From the IMG/VR virus record IMGVR_UViG_3300037225_000932, positions 96,001-160,000 of that record: a stretch of 64,000 nt of DNA, one strand, 5' to 3'. The position numbers and the translations under genes were made by a program. Source of the stretch: a virus. Position 1 is the stretch's first letter, and each line of letters starts with the position of its first letter. Below, one piece after another: positions 39,841 to 49,988 of this stretch. Below the pieces are notes generated by a model. That model was not told the origin of the DNA. It did no database searches and saw only the letters and a list, made by a program, of their open reading frames with translations.

Positions 39841-40368
39841 ATGAAAATTATTAAATGTTTACAATGTTCAAAAGAGTTTAATGTGGAAAATTATTGTAAT
39901 CGTAAGTTCTGCTCAATGTCGTGTGCTGGACAATATAATAATTTAGGACGTAATAAAAAAACAATTAAATGTAAAAATTGTGACACTTTAATTATTTCAG
40001 GAAGAACTTATTGTCCAAATTGTATTAAACAATATAAACATATTACAAATCGTATAGATAGTGATAGAACTCTTGCTGAGATGTGTAGCTATAAAAAAAT
40101 GGACGCTAATAGATTTAATTCTATCAGAGAACACGCATCAAGAATTCTTAAAAGTAAAGGAAAACCATGTGAAAGATGCGGATATTCCATACACGTTCAA
40201 GTTTGTCATATAAAACCTATAAGTCAATTTCCAAAAACCGCATTATTATCAGAAATAAACGCCTTATCTAATTTAATTTTATTATGCCCTAATTGCCATT
40301 GGGAATTTGATCATGGTATTATTACTTTAGAACAAATTAGAAAATCATTAACAGACGATCTTCTTTAA
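39841..40368 (+). CDS. HNH endonuclease (free-standing homing type)
   Basis: Cys-rich zinc modules plus CERCG...VCHIKP...NLILLCPNCHWEFD; the only credible plus-strand gene in the array. Confidence 0.85.
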   Translation: MKIIKCLQCSKEFNVENYCNRKFCSMSCAGQYNNLGRNKKTIKCKNCDTLIISGRTYCPNCIKQYKHITNRIDSDRTLAEMCSYKKMDANRFNSIREHASRILKSKGKPCERCGYSIHVQVCHIKPISQFPKTALLSEINALSNLILLCPNCHWEFDHGIITLEQIRKSLTDDLL

Positions 40369-40372
40369 CCCT

Positions 40373-40633
40373 TTAATGAGAGGGAATAAACGGGGCTTCA
40401 ACGCCACAAAGCCTCAAAATCCAACAAACTAGAGCGCAGGGAATTGCGAATTGACCCAGAAATAGACCGCAAATAGCATCAGCATACCAAGGGATTTCTT
40501 TACCTAAAATTGAGAATAAACTATAAGCGAAACAAAGACCGCCAATAGTCACATTCAAAATCAAAATCATAACGAAACAACCGCAATAACCAAAACAAGC
40601 ACTGGCCGCTTCTGAACCATTTAATTTACTCAT
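40373..40633 (-). CDS. Small membrane protein
   Basis: Hydrophobic; AAGGA RBS. Confidence 0.6.
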   Translation of the reverse strand: MSKLNGSEAASACFGYCGCFVMILILNVTIGGLCFAYSLFSILGKEIPWYADAICGLFLGQFAIPCALVCWILRLCGVEAPFIPSH

Positions 40634-40734
40634 TTTTATTTCGTCCTTTATATTATTAAGTGTTTAGATTAGTAAATTATTTTTTTAGGAGAGAAGTTAG
40701 TAATTGGTATTATATTTCTTATTTACTTTATCTA

Positions 40735-40905
40735 CTATATTTTTGTCTTTTTTTCTTGCTATTTCATTTTCTACTTCGCCATAACAATTCATACATAAAA
40801 GATCACATTTTGCCCACTCTTTTTCTATTTCTTCTAAACTTCTTGACCATAATTGGTCTAAAGATAAACCGAATAATTTTTTATCTTTTTCTCTAAGATA
40901 AAAAC
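40735..40905 (-). pseudogene. Remnant of an HNH endonuclease C-terminus
   Basis: Reads ..KDKKLFGLSLDQLWSRSLEEIEKEWAKCDLLCMNCYGE with no upstream start, directly 3' of tRNA-Lys. Confidence 0.5.
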
Positions 40906-40910
40906 TTTAA

Positions 40911-40983
40911 TGGGACCGGAGGGAGTCGAACCCTCGACCAATAGCTTAAAAGGCTACTGCTCTACCTACTGAGCTACAGTCCC
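40911..40983 (-). tRNA. tRNA-Lys(UUU)
   Basis: GGGACUG/CGGUCCC acceptor; anticodon loop CUUUUAA; canonical T-arm. Confidence 0.9.
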
Positions 40984-40987
40984 AAAG

Positions 40988-41098
40988 CGCTTACCTGTAA
41001 GATGATTTTACGCTCAACTATTGCAAATCATTGAGGATATTGTAGATTGCTATTTCTACACTTTTCGTCAAATCATTTAGGCTCTCCTTGGGTAAGCT
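40988..41098 (-). ncRNA. ~110-nt structured RNA co-transcribed 5' of tRNA-Lys
   Basis: Closing helix GCUUACC/GGUAAGC starts at the predicted +1; stems AUGAUUU/AAAUCAU, UGUAGA/UCUACA and CUCAA/UUGAG. Confidence 0.55.
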
Positions 41099-41583
41099 AT
41101 TCTCTTAGAACTTTATTTACTTTTTCAGGGGTTTAACTACATCAATCTTAGACCAATTCATTTTCTCTTTCATTTTTACCACTTTATAGAAGTCAAGAGG
41201 TGAAAGTTTCTCAGTGATAAATAACTTTTCATTTTCCGTTTTCATTTTAACGTTTTCCATTTTTGTTATTTTCCTTACATTCTCTTAGAACTTTATTTAC
41301 TTTTTCAGGGAAAAGTTGTTTTCTTATTGATCTGGAGCTTTCTTAAAATCATCAGGCAAACCGGCATCTCTTAATTCTTGACGAATTAATTGGTCAATAT
41401 CTATAGTTATCGCTTTTTCTTCCCAATGGCTTATATCACACAAGCCTAAAACATTCTTTACTATTTTTTAGTCAATTTCTCAACAAAATCTTCTTCCATA
41501 AATCACCTTTTTGCGAAAAAAAAGAAAAAGTCTAGCAGATTGGGTTCCTATCGAGCCGATAAACGGCACCAGACTATTTCTTA

Positions 41584-43108
41584 TTAACTTAGAACTTTCT
41601 TAAAATGTTCAGGGAGGCCAGCATTTTTTAATTCTTCTCGTATTGTTCGAGCCATATCTTCTCGCATTTGACAATATCCTCTCCAACTAAAATCAAGACC
41701 ATGATCCTGAAGTTTATGTCTAACTACATTATCGCAAAGACATTCAGATAAAGCCTCAGCGAAATCTTTATCTTCCATTTTATTTATCCTCTTTCTCAAG
41801 GTTTTCTTTCAGTTTCATATTATCAGCTTTATTTTTTAGATTATACAAGCAATTTTTAGTGCCATTAACAAATCGGCCCTTTTTGCCTCCATGTAATTTA
41901 GAAGGTCTATTTCTATCTCTTTCTTGGTGTTTAAGGCTTTTTACTTTTTGTTTTTCAGGTCTACTCTCATTCCACTTATCAAAGGTTGGATTACCGAGTG
42001 TCCAACCCTTTTCTTTATCAACGTGTCTACGGGTATCACTCATGTTTTTTATTATCCAATTTAATAGCAAAAAATACCTTTTTCTATTTCTCTTAGAGCT
42101 TTATCCATTCCGTCTCTAAGATAAGTAAGAGTGTCACACAGGGCGTCACGATCATCGCCTGGAATATTATCATGATAATTATTAAAAAATGATAAGTTTA
42201 CTTTAGCTAATTCTATTTGTTTTTCAACAGCAGAAATAGCATTACGACAATGTTTTTCAACCTCCGACGATAACATTTTACCTATCCTTTATTTGTTGCT
42301 TCAATTTCTTTTTGTTGTTTTTCAGTAGGAATACGATAATCAGTGACAACAGAATTAACTAATCCGCACTTATTACATCGCCTATGTTGAACCTTATCGC
42401 AAAAGGCGAAAGGTTCAGGAGTTGACCATTTTGACCAATTATGGAAAAACCAACATTTCATTTTATTATTCCTTAAAGGGAAACAGGAACCTTTCCCAGC
42501 AAATCGACCAGCATATTGATAAAATCAATTTCGTAAGTTTCCTTGCTATACATATCCCAGAGGCCAGATTGATATCTACGATAAGACAAGATGCCTCCCT
42601 TGACGCACCAATAGCCAATACCTGTCTTGCCTCCTGGGGGTCCACCTTCATCGGCGGGAGCGGGGATAAACTTATGGGGAGGATGAGCATCTAATTTAGC
42701 ACTAAATTCTTCTTGCTTCTTATGACGATCATCGGCCATCTTATTAATTACATCGCACCAACCCATATAATCGCTCATAGTCTTATCAGGATCAGGATAC
42801 TTGTCTGGAACGTCCTTTTCAATCTTCTTAGCCATTTTTTTTGTTCCTTTTGTTGCTATTTTAGAACTTTATTATATTTATCAGGGCAAAATAATTTCAA
42901 TTTCATCTACAGCAACGAAAATATGACCAGCTAAATGGGCGGCATCAAGATTAATTCTAATAGGAGTATGATATCCTTCTGAACAAACATCATCAATCTT
43001 GCCAGTTTCGCCGATAAATTCTTGTCCTAAATCGGTTAGATGACCTCTCTTTATCCTAATCCTATCTCCGATTTCAAGTAAAACTCCTTTTCCATCAATA
43101 ATCTTCAT
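41584..43108 (-). other. Small hypothetical genes (41584-41778, 41780-42043, 42061-42276, 42473-42835, 42881-43108)
   Basis: Co-oriented ORFs with RBSs. Confidence 0.55.
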
Positions 43109-43550
43109 ATATTTATTCCTTTTGTTTTATTGTTTTGAGATATCCAATTGGTTCTAATTATTCACCATTAGCAGCATCAATCCAACCATCGTTCCATTGC
43201 CTCCACTCTTCAGTTTCCTTTTGATAAGGATTTTGAGTTCGTCGCTTATCCTCACCAAAAGCATTATAGCCTTGTTCATACGCATTGTCCATTACTACTT
43301 ACTCCAAAAAAATGTTAAAAATCTCTTTTCTTACTATCTTTAGAACTTTATATTTTCTTCGCAGGGAGGAAATTACTTATATTTCTCGTTTAGGTTTTTC
43401 TCCAACCTTAATCATAATAACACTCCAAAGAAGCCAAATATACCAGGGAGACCCAAACCAATAATAATCGCCAACACAACAAGAGAAATAATCATTTTAT
43501 TTTTCCTTTATGTTAGATTTTTTTTCGCAAAAAAAATTAAAGTCCTTTTC

Positions 43551-44255
43551 TTACCGTTCTAATGCTATTTTAATGAAAGCAGCACAGGCAATTAAGAAAC
43601 TATCGTGAAAATTGCTTTCATTAGAAGTAAGAGGATATCCATCTGCTCCATCTACATATCCAGCATAATACTTTGTTGGACTTACTTCTAATATTCGAAG
43701 AATAGTGGAAGCCGTTTGATGCTCCCCACAAATCCGATAATTACAAGCATACTTAATTGGCTTCTTTGCCTTTTGGATTTTTTCATTTTCCTTATTAATA
43801 ACTTCTCTTGCCTGCTCAAAACTATCAAAGTAATAAATGTCTTTCGTCCACTTTCCATCCTTATTCATAAACTCCATCTTATAAGGATCTCGATAAACGT
43901 GAACCTGATAGTTAAGGAAAGTATTTTCTCTTCCATGAAACCTTCCCACCGAACCAGAGAGAAAAACAAGCTTTCCGTCTAATGCAACATTATATTCTTT
44001 TTGAACGGTCTCATTATGACCAAAAAGAGCCCTACAAACTTCATTTACAGAATTAAACCAGTGAGCCCCGGCTGGCTGCCATTTTCCGTTAAAAGTAAGA
44101 TAGTAAATATAGCCATCTATTTTCTTCCAACCATAATACTTGTAATTATTCTCTTCAGAAGCATATTCAAAGGGAGTGTCAATACCGGCAATATGAACCG
44201 TTTGACCATCAAATTCAAAAGACACATCAAATCCGACAGAGCTTTCACGTGTCAT
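43551..44255 (-). CDS. Hypothetical protein, paralog of 37820-38335 with an extra internal repeat
   Basis: See paralog. Confidence 0.7.
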   Translation of the reverse strand: MTRESSVGFDVSFEFDGQTVHIAGIDTPFEYASEENNYKYYGWKKIDGYIYYLTFNGKWQPAGAHWFNSVNEVCRALFGHNETVQKEYNVALDGKLVFLSGSVGRFHGRENTFLNYQVHVYRDPYKMEFMNKDGKWTKDIYYFDSFEQAREVINKENEKIQKAKKPIKYACNYRICGEHQTASTILRILEVSPTKYYAGYVDGADGYPLTSNESNFHDSFLIACAAFIKIALER

Positions 44256-44320
44256 TTTAGTATTCCTTATGTTTAATATCTTAGAACTTTTATGCTTTTC
44301 TCAGGGGAAAATTATTAGTT

Positions 44321-45091
44321 TTATTTCCATATCATATCAAATACTTTTACTAATAAATCAGTTGCTTCTTTATCATCAACTCTATCCGGCAAAACAGAAG
44401 TGTCTAAAACTTCTTTAAGTCTTTCTAATCCTTTACCAATATCATCTACGCACTTTTGTGTATCATTCTTATCATAAGTAATACCATTTCTAATATTCAA
44501 AAGATTTTGAATATCTGGCCGTGGAAAAGTAATTTTGCCAGTTTTTAACAATTCTAAACCTTGAGCCGCAATTCTAAAGGCGTGCATTGCGAACTTCGTA
44601 TCAAAACCCTTTTCTTCAGTAATGTATCGTCGTCCAGTTTTATTACTCTGTTTAATTAAAAGTTTATTCATTTGAGAATGTGAAAATCCGTCAAAAGAAA
44701 AATAAACTTTACGACTTAAAAGTTTTAATCCTCTTTCTCTTAACAAATTCCACAAAACATTTTGAAAAACAATACAATTATCTGGAACAAAAAGAGTTTC
44801 AATGACATTAGGATTACAGCCATAAATGAGTTTAACCCATTTTCTAACATCATAGAAATTGACTTCTGAATTAAATTGTTCAAATCGTTTTTGCCAACAA
44901 TCAGGAATCTCACCAGTTATCCATTTGGAGCGTGGTGAATAATAAATTAAAACATAATCATGATCACTTGTCGGAAGTGAAGTTCCATACATTTGAGAAC
45001 CAGAAGTATGAAAAAGAAGAATATTATTTAATATCCATTCTTGTCCATCAGAAATTAGTCTATCAGTTAGACTTTTAATAGTTAGAGGCAT
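44321..45091 (-). CDS. Pol-beta superfamily nucleotidyltransferase (RlaP/YcgL-like)
   Basis: SGSQMYGT..PTSDHDY, CNPNVIETLF, KFAMHAFR and LLNIRNG motifs. Confidence 0.8.
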   Translation of the reverse strand: MPLTIKSLTDRLISDGQEWILNNILLFHTSGSQMYGTSLPTSDHDYVLIYYSPRSKWITGEIPDCWQKRFEQFNSEVNFYDVRKWVKLIYGCNPNVIETLFVPDNCIVFQNVLWNLLRERGLKLLSRKVYFSFDGFSHSQMNKLLIKQSNKTGRRYITEEKGFDTKFAMHAFRIAAQGLELLKTGKITFPRPDIQNLLNIRNGITYDKNDTQKCVDDIGKGLERLKEVLDTSVLPDRVDDKEATDLLVKVFDMIWK

Positions 45092-45418
45092 TTTTACATT
45101 TCACTTTTAATGCGAAATATTTTTTTCGCAAAATAAAAATCTAATTTACGCTGCATAAAATGGAAGCTTTTTATCGCTTTTTGAAAATCGACAAGGTTTC
45201 CAGCTTTGATCGGCTCCCTCAATGAAAAAGCGATTACTACTATCTCTTCCGGTAATAAGTAGTGCCTTATTCTTTCTGCCGTTAGGATCTCTAATGACAA
45301 CAATATAACAATTGGCATAAGACTGTAATGGAAGCGGGCTATAAACACCAGGAAGTTCCATTATTTTTTTCCAAGTAAGAGTTGTTTGTTCAGAAGGTGT
45401 CATAATTTACTCTAAAAG

Positions 45419-45490
45419 TATCCCGTAGGAGGCTCGAACTCCTGTTTTCGGCGTGAAGGGCCAATATCCTAGCCACTAGATGAACGGGAC
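45419..45490 (-). tRNA. tRNA-Glu(UUC) with C33
   Basis: GUCCCGU/ACGGGAU acceptor; anticodon loop CCUUCAC; T-arm AGGAG-UUCGAGC-CUCCU. Confidence 0.8.
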
Positions 45491-45547
45491 TTTTCTATTG
45501 TCTTTATATCTTTAAGTAAAAATTCGGGGCAAAAATAAAAACTCTTT

Positions 45548-46428
45548 TTACACATTCGATCCAACGCAAAACATTGGACTATCAGCAAATTCGTTATTTT
45601 CATAACTCTTTAGTGCTTCTAATCGAACAGAATGAGGAATACAAGCCCAACGAATAAGCTTGCCATCTGGATTGATTTTAACTGAACCTACTTTACGGGC
45701 AGAATTAGTGCCGACCATAAGCATAATAGTTCCGGTAATTGAACAGTCTCTTTGTTCTTGGCCTACTTCAAAGAAATATTCATTACCCTTATATTTCCAA
45801 GCATTAGATGATCCATTAGGATCGGTGATAGCTTTTAAGATTTTATCTTGACAACGAGAAGCAGCACAAGTGCATGAGTAACCCATTTTATTATCCTTTA
45901 TATTTTTTAGATTTAATTAAAGACCAACTATCTATTCCAATCTCTCTTTTATTCAACCATAAAAAAGAACATAACAAATATCATTCAAGGTTTTAGTTAG
46001 TCCGTTTTTCCAAATGCCTAGAAATGCTTTGCCCATCATAATACAAATCAAAAAACATAGAACTAAACTCAGAAACAAAAGTAAAAAAATAGCAAAATAA
46101 TAAAAGAGCCATCCAACAGAAACGAGTAGTGCAAGAGAAAATATTCCCACAAGAAACTCTTTTGACGTATTAGTGAAATTTTTCGCAATATTCATTTTAT
46201 TATCCTTTATCATTCAGAAGGTAATTCAAAAGGTAATTCTTTTTCAATAAGAAAACATTGTGTTTTAAGATCTTCAATTCGCCGAAGGAAATCTTTCATT
46301 TCAGGATTATCGGATAGTCCCTCATAATTAGCAAGATTAAATCTGGCAAGGTTAATAAGTTTTCTTGCCTCAAAAAGAGTATGTCTGGTTGAAATTTTAA
46401 GGTCTTTAAGGTATTCAAGGTCTTTCAT
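45548..46428 (-). other. Hypothetical genes 45548-45886, 45953-46213 (membrane) and 46210-46428
   Basis: Co-oriented ORFs with RBSs. Confidence 0.55.
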
Positions 46429-46491
46429 TTTACTTACTCTTTTTAGTAATATAGATTTATATCTTTATTATTACTTTTCAGGGCGAAAAAA

Positions 46492-46995
46492 TTATAGAAG
46501 TTCAAGTTCATCAGGGCTAAAATGAATATGCCAACGAGTAGAAGTAAGTTCTATCTCAATCGTTTTAGTTTTATTAAAACCATTATTGAGACTAACTACT
46601 TTGCCAGTCTTATTGTTCCAATAATCATTAGTGTGAGCTTTAACTTTATCTCCAACTTTAAAATCTCCAACTTTAAAAGTCTTACTAACAATCTCAGAAT
46701 TATCATTATTTAAGATGCCTGCTTCTAAAAGAGCATAATAGCAGGACTTAGGGATTTCTAGTGTCTTATATTGAAAGTCAAGAGAAGTAATTTCTATTTC
46801 GCTAAAATAAAAATAATGTCCATTAATATCAACTTTAAAACTATAAGACTTATTAGGATCAATTTTGATAACCGTCCCAAAAGTCCCCCATTTCTTATCA
46901 TTATCAGGAAAAGTCCATTTTGCTTGAACTTTAGTTCCCACAATAATCTTTGAGGTTTTAACGCTTTTGACTTTAATGACGAGTTTCATAGTCAT
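46492..46995 (-). CDS. Tandem SH3/KOW-like domain protein, paralog of 49028-49525
   Basis: Two VG.KV...G.V...F...EL modules. Confidence 0.6.
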   Translation of the reverse strand: MTMKLVIKVKSVKTSKIIVGTKVQAKWTFPDNDKKWGTFGTVIKIDPNKSYSFKVDINGHYFYFSEIEITSLDFQYKTLEIPKSCYYALLEAGILNNDNSEIVSKTFKVGDFKVGDKVKAHTNDYWNNKTGKVVSLNNGFNKTKTIEIELTSTRWHIHFSPDELELL

Positions 46996-47096
46996 GTCCC
47001 TTATGTTTTATTTTACATCTTTATGATTATTTTCTGGCAATAAGAAATCGTCCCGTTAAGGGCGATTTCTTTAACTTTTGAAGGTTTTAACCGCAA

Positions 47097-47534
47097 TTAG
47101 GCGGTAAAAGCTTCCTCAGTAGCGGGGGCAGTAGTTGCCTCTGGAGCCGGATTAGTTGCCGGAGTTTCAGTCGCGGGAGTGGAAGTTTCGGCCTTGGCTT
47201 CCTTCTTTTCCGCAGCCTTCTTTTCCTTCAGAAGATTGGCCAAAGCAGCCAATTCCTCAGCAGTAAAGTTAGCAATCTTCTCCGCCACGGCCGCTTTAGT
47301 CTGCTCATCCTTATAAGCAGGCAGGTCGGTAATTTCCTCGAAAATAGACAGAGGTTCAACCGCATAAGTCTGTCCCTCTGTCGCCTTAGAATTAAGATGT
47401 GCAACCAGCTTAGTTCCGGTTTCATCATCCTTGACCATCCCGATTACAGTTCGAATGGTCTCACTTCCTCGCCCGACCTTACGAGTTCGCCGTGCCGCAA
47501 TCACCTTAACCGTCTTCTCAGTCTGCGTGTCCAT
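47097..47534 (-). CDS. GRG-motif family protein (paralog 3)
   Basis: Similar to 29078-29476, including the terminator region. Confidence 0.75.
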   Translation of the reverse strand: MDTQTEKTVKVIAARRTRKVGRGSETIRTVIGMVKDDETGTKLVAHLNSKATEGQTYAVEPLSIFEEITDLPAYKDEQTKAAVAEKIANFTAEELAALANLLKEKKAAEKKEAKAETSTPATETPATNPAPEATTAPATEEAFTA

Positions 47535-47632
47535 TTCTCATTTTCCTTTATGTTAGAGGTTTTGGACGACGCTTTCTTAGAACTTTATGGTCAAATTTCG
47601 GGGAAGAGAGGTCTCTTCTCTACCGTCTAACA

Positions 47633-48139
47633 CTATGCGGCTGTTAAGACAGGTAGGTTATAGGCATATTCCCGACTAACTGCTTGAATTTTATTGTTAT
47701 CAAATTTCAAAAACTCATTTCTATCTTTTGCCCACCAAGGCTCAACTGCTTCTTTTATAACTTCAATTTCAGAACCAGGGTATCTATTAGACAATCCTAT
47801 AACTGTAGCAGCAACACATTGATCAAGAAACATTCCACAAACAATAAAGTTTTGAGGTAAATCTAAGGATATAATAATTTTTTGAATTTCAGGACTTCCG
47901 TCTCTAATTGATTTTGTAGCGGAATATAGATAGGGATAGTTTCTGAAAGTTTTTCTTAAAAGAAGATGAGTAGGACCATAATTTTCATATTCCAAAACAA
48001 TAATAGGAATACTATTTATGATCGCATAAGAAGCTAATTTTGCACATTCTATAATACATCTGGTAAAACGTTTTTTAATTTTAGAAGGAAAAAACTTAGA
48101 CTGAACATCTATTATAATAAGAGTTTTATCAGGGCTCAT
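47633..48139 (-). CDS. Isochorismatase-like cysteine hydrolase
   Basis: TLIIIDVQ..F and VCGMFLDQCVAAT motifs. Confidence 0.75.
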   Translation of the reverse strand: MSPDKTLIIIDVQSKFFPSKIKKRFTRCIIECAKLASYAIINSIPIIVLEYENYGPTHLLLRKTFRNYPYLYSATKSIRDGSPEIQKIIISLDLPQNFIVCGMFLDQCVAATVIGLSNRYPGSEIEVIKEAVEPWWAKDRNEFLKFDNNKIQAVSREYAYNLPVLTAA

Positions 48140-48262
48140 ATCTCGTCTCTTTATTAAATAAAAAATCCAGGGAGAATAAAGAAAGATATAGAAACTCTGG
48201 CGAGTTTACACGGTGATCCGGTGACCGATTTTTGTCTTTCTGCTTATTCTACCTGGAAATTA

Positions 48263-48777
48263 TTAGAGTTCAACGATTAACTTACCGAAATCTTCTTTAA
48301 CAACAACATTCCTAAATCCACCAGAGCCAAACAATTCACGATTATAGCAAGTTGTGATACTCCTTATAGGGCTAGACGCTTTAATACAAACAAGATATCC
48401 ATACGCTCGATACCAAATATCTCCCATAGTATCAGAAAAAACATTACCAATCTCAATCTGTTCTGCTGTCTCAGGTTTCTTACTGTTCTTCAGAAAAAGC
48501 TTCATTTTATTGTTCCTTTATTTAGTGCGAAAAAAAATTATTCTTCAACAACAAGCTTACCTAAAACCCTAGAAGCAATAATAGAATAAAAAAGACTACT
48601 ATTGTCCCCTAAAATGGGTTGTAATAGGTTAATGCCATTATCACCATCTTTAAGAGGAATAAGACAATAATCTCCTCTAATAAAAACATTTCCATCTGGA
48701 GTTTCAAAAACATCTCCAACATCTAAACTAGAAGCGTAAATGATACTTTCTGGGTCTTGTTGAATTTTAATATTCAT
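48263..48777 (-). other. Tandem paralog pair 48263-48505 and 48538-48777
   Basis: Shared A..I/L.IG/VG.VF....G..W/F.R...GKL.VE. Confidence 0.6.
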
Positions 48778-48843
48778 TTTATCGTTTCCTTTCTTATCTA
48801 GTGTTAGATTTTGTTTATATTTTTCAGGGAAAAATATTCTGTT

Positions 48844-49000
48844 TCTATAAACAGAAGAACCACCGATTTATCTTTTCCAGGATCAGTGGAAAAGCCGGTG
48901 GTCGATCCTTGTTAGAGAGTTACTATCTTCATTATTTAGCAAATCTCTAAACTCTTCTGTCCCAGCTTTGCGACCATTTCTGGTATCTGGGATACGTTCT
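48844..49000 (-). ncRNA. Three-way-junction RNA family A member 3 (no tRNA insert)
   Basis: P1 ACAGAAGA/UCUUCUGU, P2 UUAGAGA/UCUCUAA, P3 ACCACCG/CGGUGGU, linker-loop AGGAUCG/UGAUCCU, tail UUUAUAGA. Confidence 0.65.
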
Positions 49001-49027
49001 ATGGATTTCTTTTATAGTAATAAAATC

Positions 49028-49525
49028 TTATTTAATAAATTCAAGTTCTTGTTCGAGGAAAGGAAAATCTCTAAATCTATCACTAGATACATAAATAAAA
49101 CTACCACACTTACTAAATCTGGTTATCTTTCCAGAACTTCCGTAAAAATTACCAAAACTGGTTGTTTTAACACGAACTAGATCACTAATTTCAGGCTTAG
49201 AAGTCACAATCTTACAATCTTCTTTATTTAGAATGCCAAGGCTCATTAAATTATCATAAAAATCAAGAGACATAACCTTGATTTCATAACGATACCCAAC
49301 AACTTGAGGAACAGCAGAGATCTGCTTCCGATTAAAATAAGAACAAAATTTGCCTCTTTTGCCTCTAATGTTTACATAAAAAAGACCTTCGCTATTGTAT
49401 ATTGAAATAATAATTCCTTTTTGAAGATCATTTTTAGACATTTTATCATCTACAAAAACTTTAGTTCCAATAGTAATTTCTGGAGTTTCAATAATTGGAA
49501 TACGAAATTCAACGGTAAGTTTCAT
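49028..49525 (-). CDS. Tandem SH3/KOW-like domain protein
   Basis: Paralog of 46492-46995. Confidence 0.6.
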   Translation of the reverse strand: MKLTVEFRIPIIETPEITIGTKVFVDDKMSKNDLQKGIIISIYNSEGLFYVNIRGKRGKFCSYFNRKQISAVPQVVGYRYEIKVMSLDFYDNLMSLGILNKEDCKIVTSKPEISDLVRVKTTSFGNFYGSSGKITRFSKCGSFIYVSSDRFRDFPFLEQELEFIK

Positions 49526-49570
49526 AGTGTTTAATCCTTATTCTAATCCCTTAGAACTTTATATTATTTT

Positions 49571-49984
49571 TCAGGGCACATTATTTATTGGTTTAGGTGG
49601 GGCAGTAACTGCTAATACGATTGAAAAACTAAATCTCTTCATTACTGAAGGAAAATATTCTTTAGCTAATTTTAACATTTCTTCAAAACTAAAATATCCA
49701 GGAGCTAAAAAACAACTATTACTTTTATGACGATGATCCACAGAACGATCCCAAAAAGCCAAAGCGGTCCAGCCATCTTTGTAATGTAGCATTGCCAAGC
49801 CTTCAATCTCGTATTGACCAGACATATCCGGTGGACACAAATTGCCATCTACTTTATATCTCCAAGGAATAATTGTATCTAATAAACTATAATCCTTCCA
49901 ACCATTAGAAGAATATAAATAATGTCCTGCTTCTCTAATACACCCAAAATAGTAAATCGGGTCTAAAGGCTTATCATTTTTCAT
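49571..49984 (-). CDS. Conserved phage hypothetical protein
   Basis: YFGC...AGHY...GWTALAFWDRSVD.R..SNS.F motif. Confidence 0.65.
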   Translation of the reverse strand: MKNDKPLDPIYYFGCIREAGHYLYSSNGWKDYSLLDTIIPWRYKVDGNLCPPDMSGQYEIEGLAMLHYKDGWTALAFWDRSVDHRHKSNSCFLAPGYFSFEEMLKLAKEYFPSVMKRFSFSIVLAVTAPPKPINNVP

Positions 49985-49988
49985 TTTA

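Noticed and set aside
25791-49000. Hammerhead, hairpin or HDV/theta ribozyme identity for family A
   Set aside because: No CUGANGA/GAAA core, hairpin loop A/B consensus or nested double pseudoknot was found by eye on either strand.
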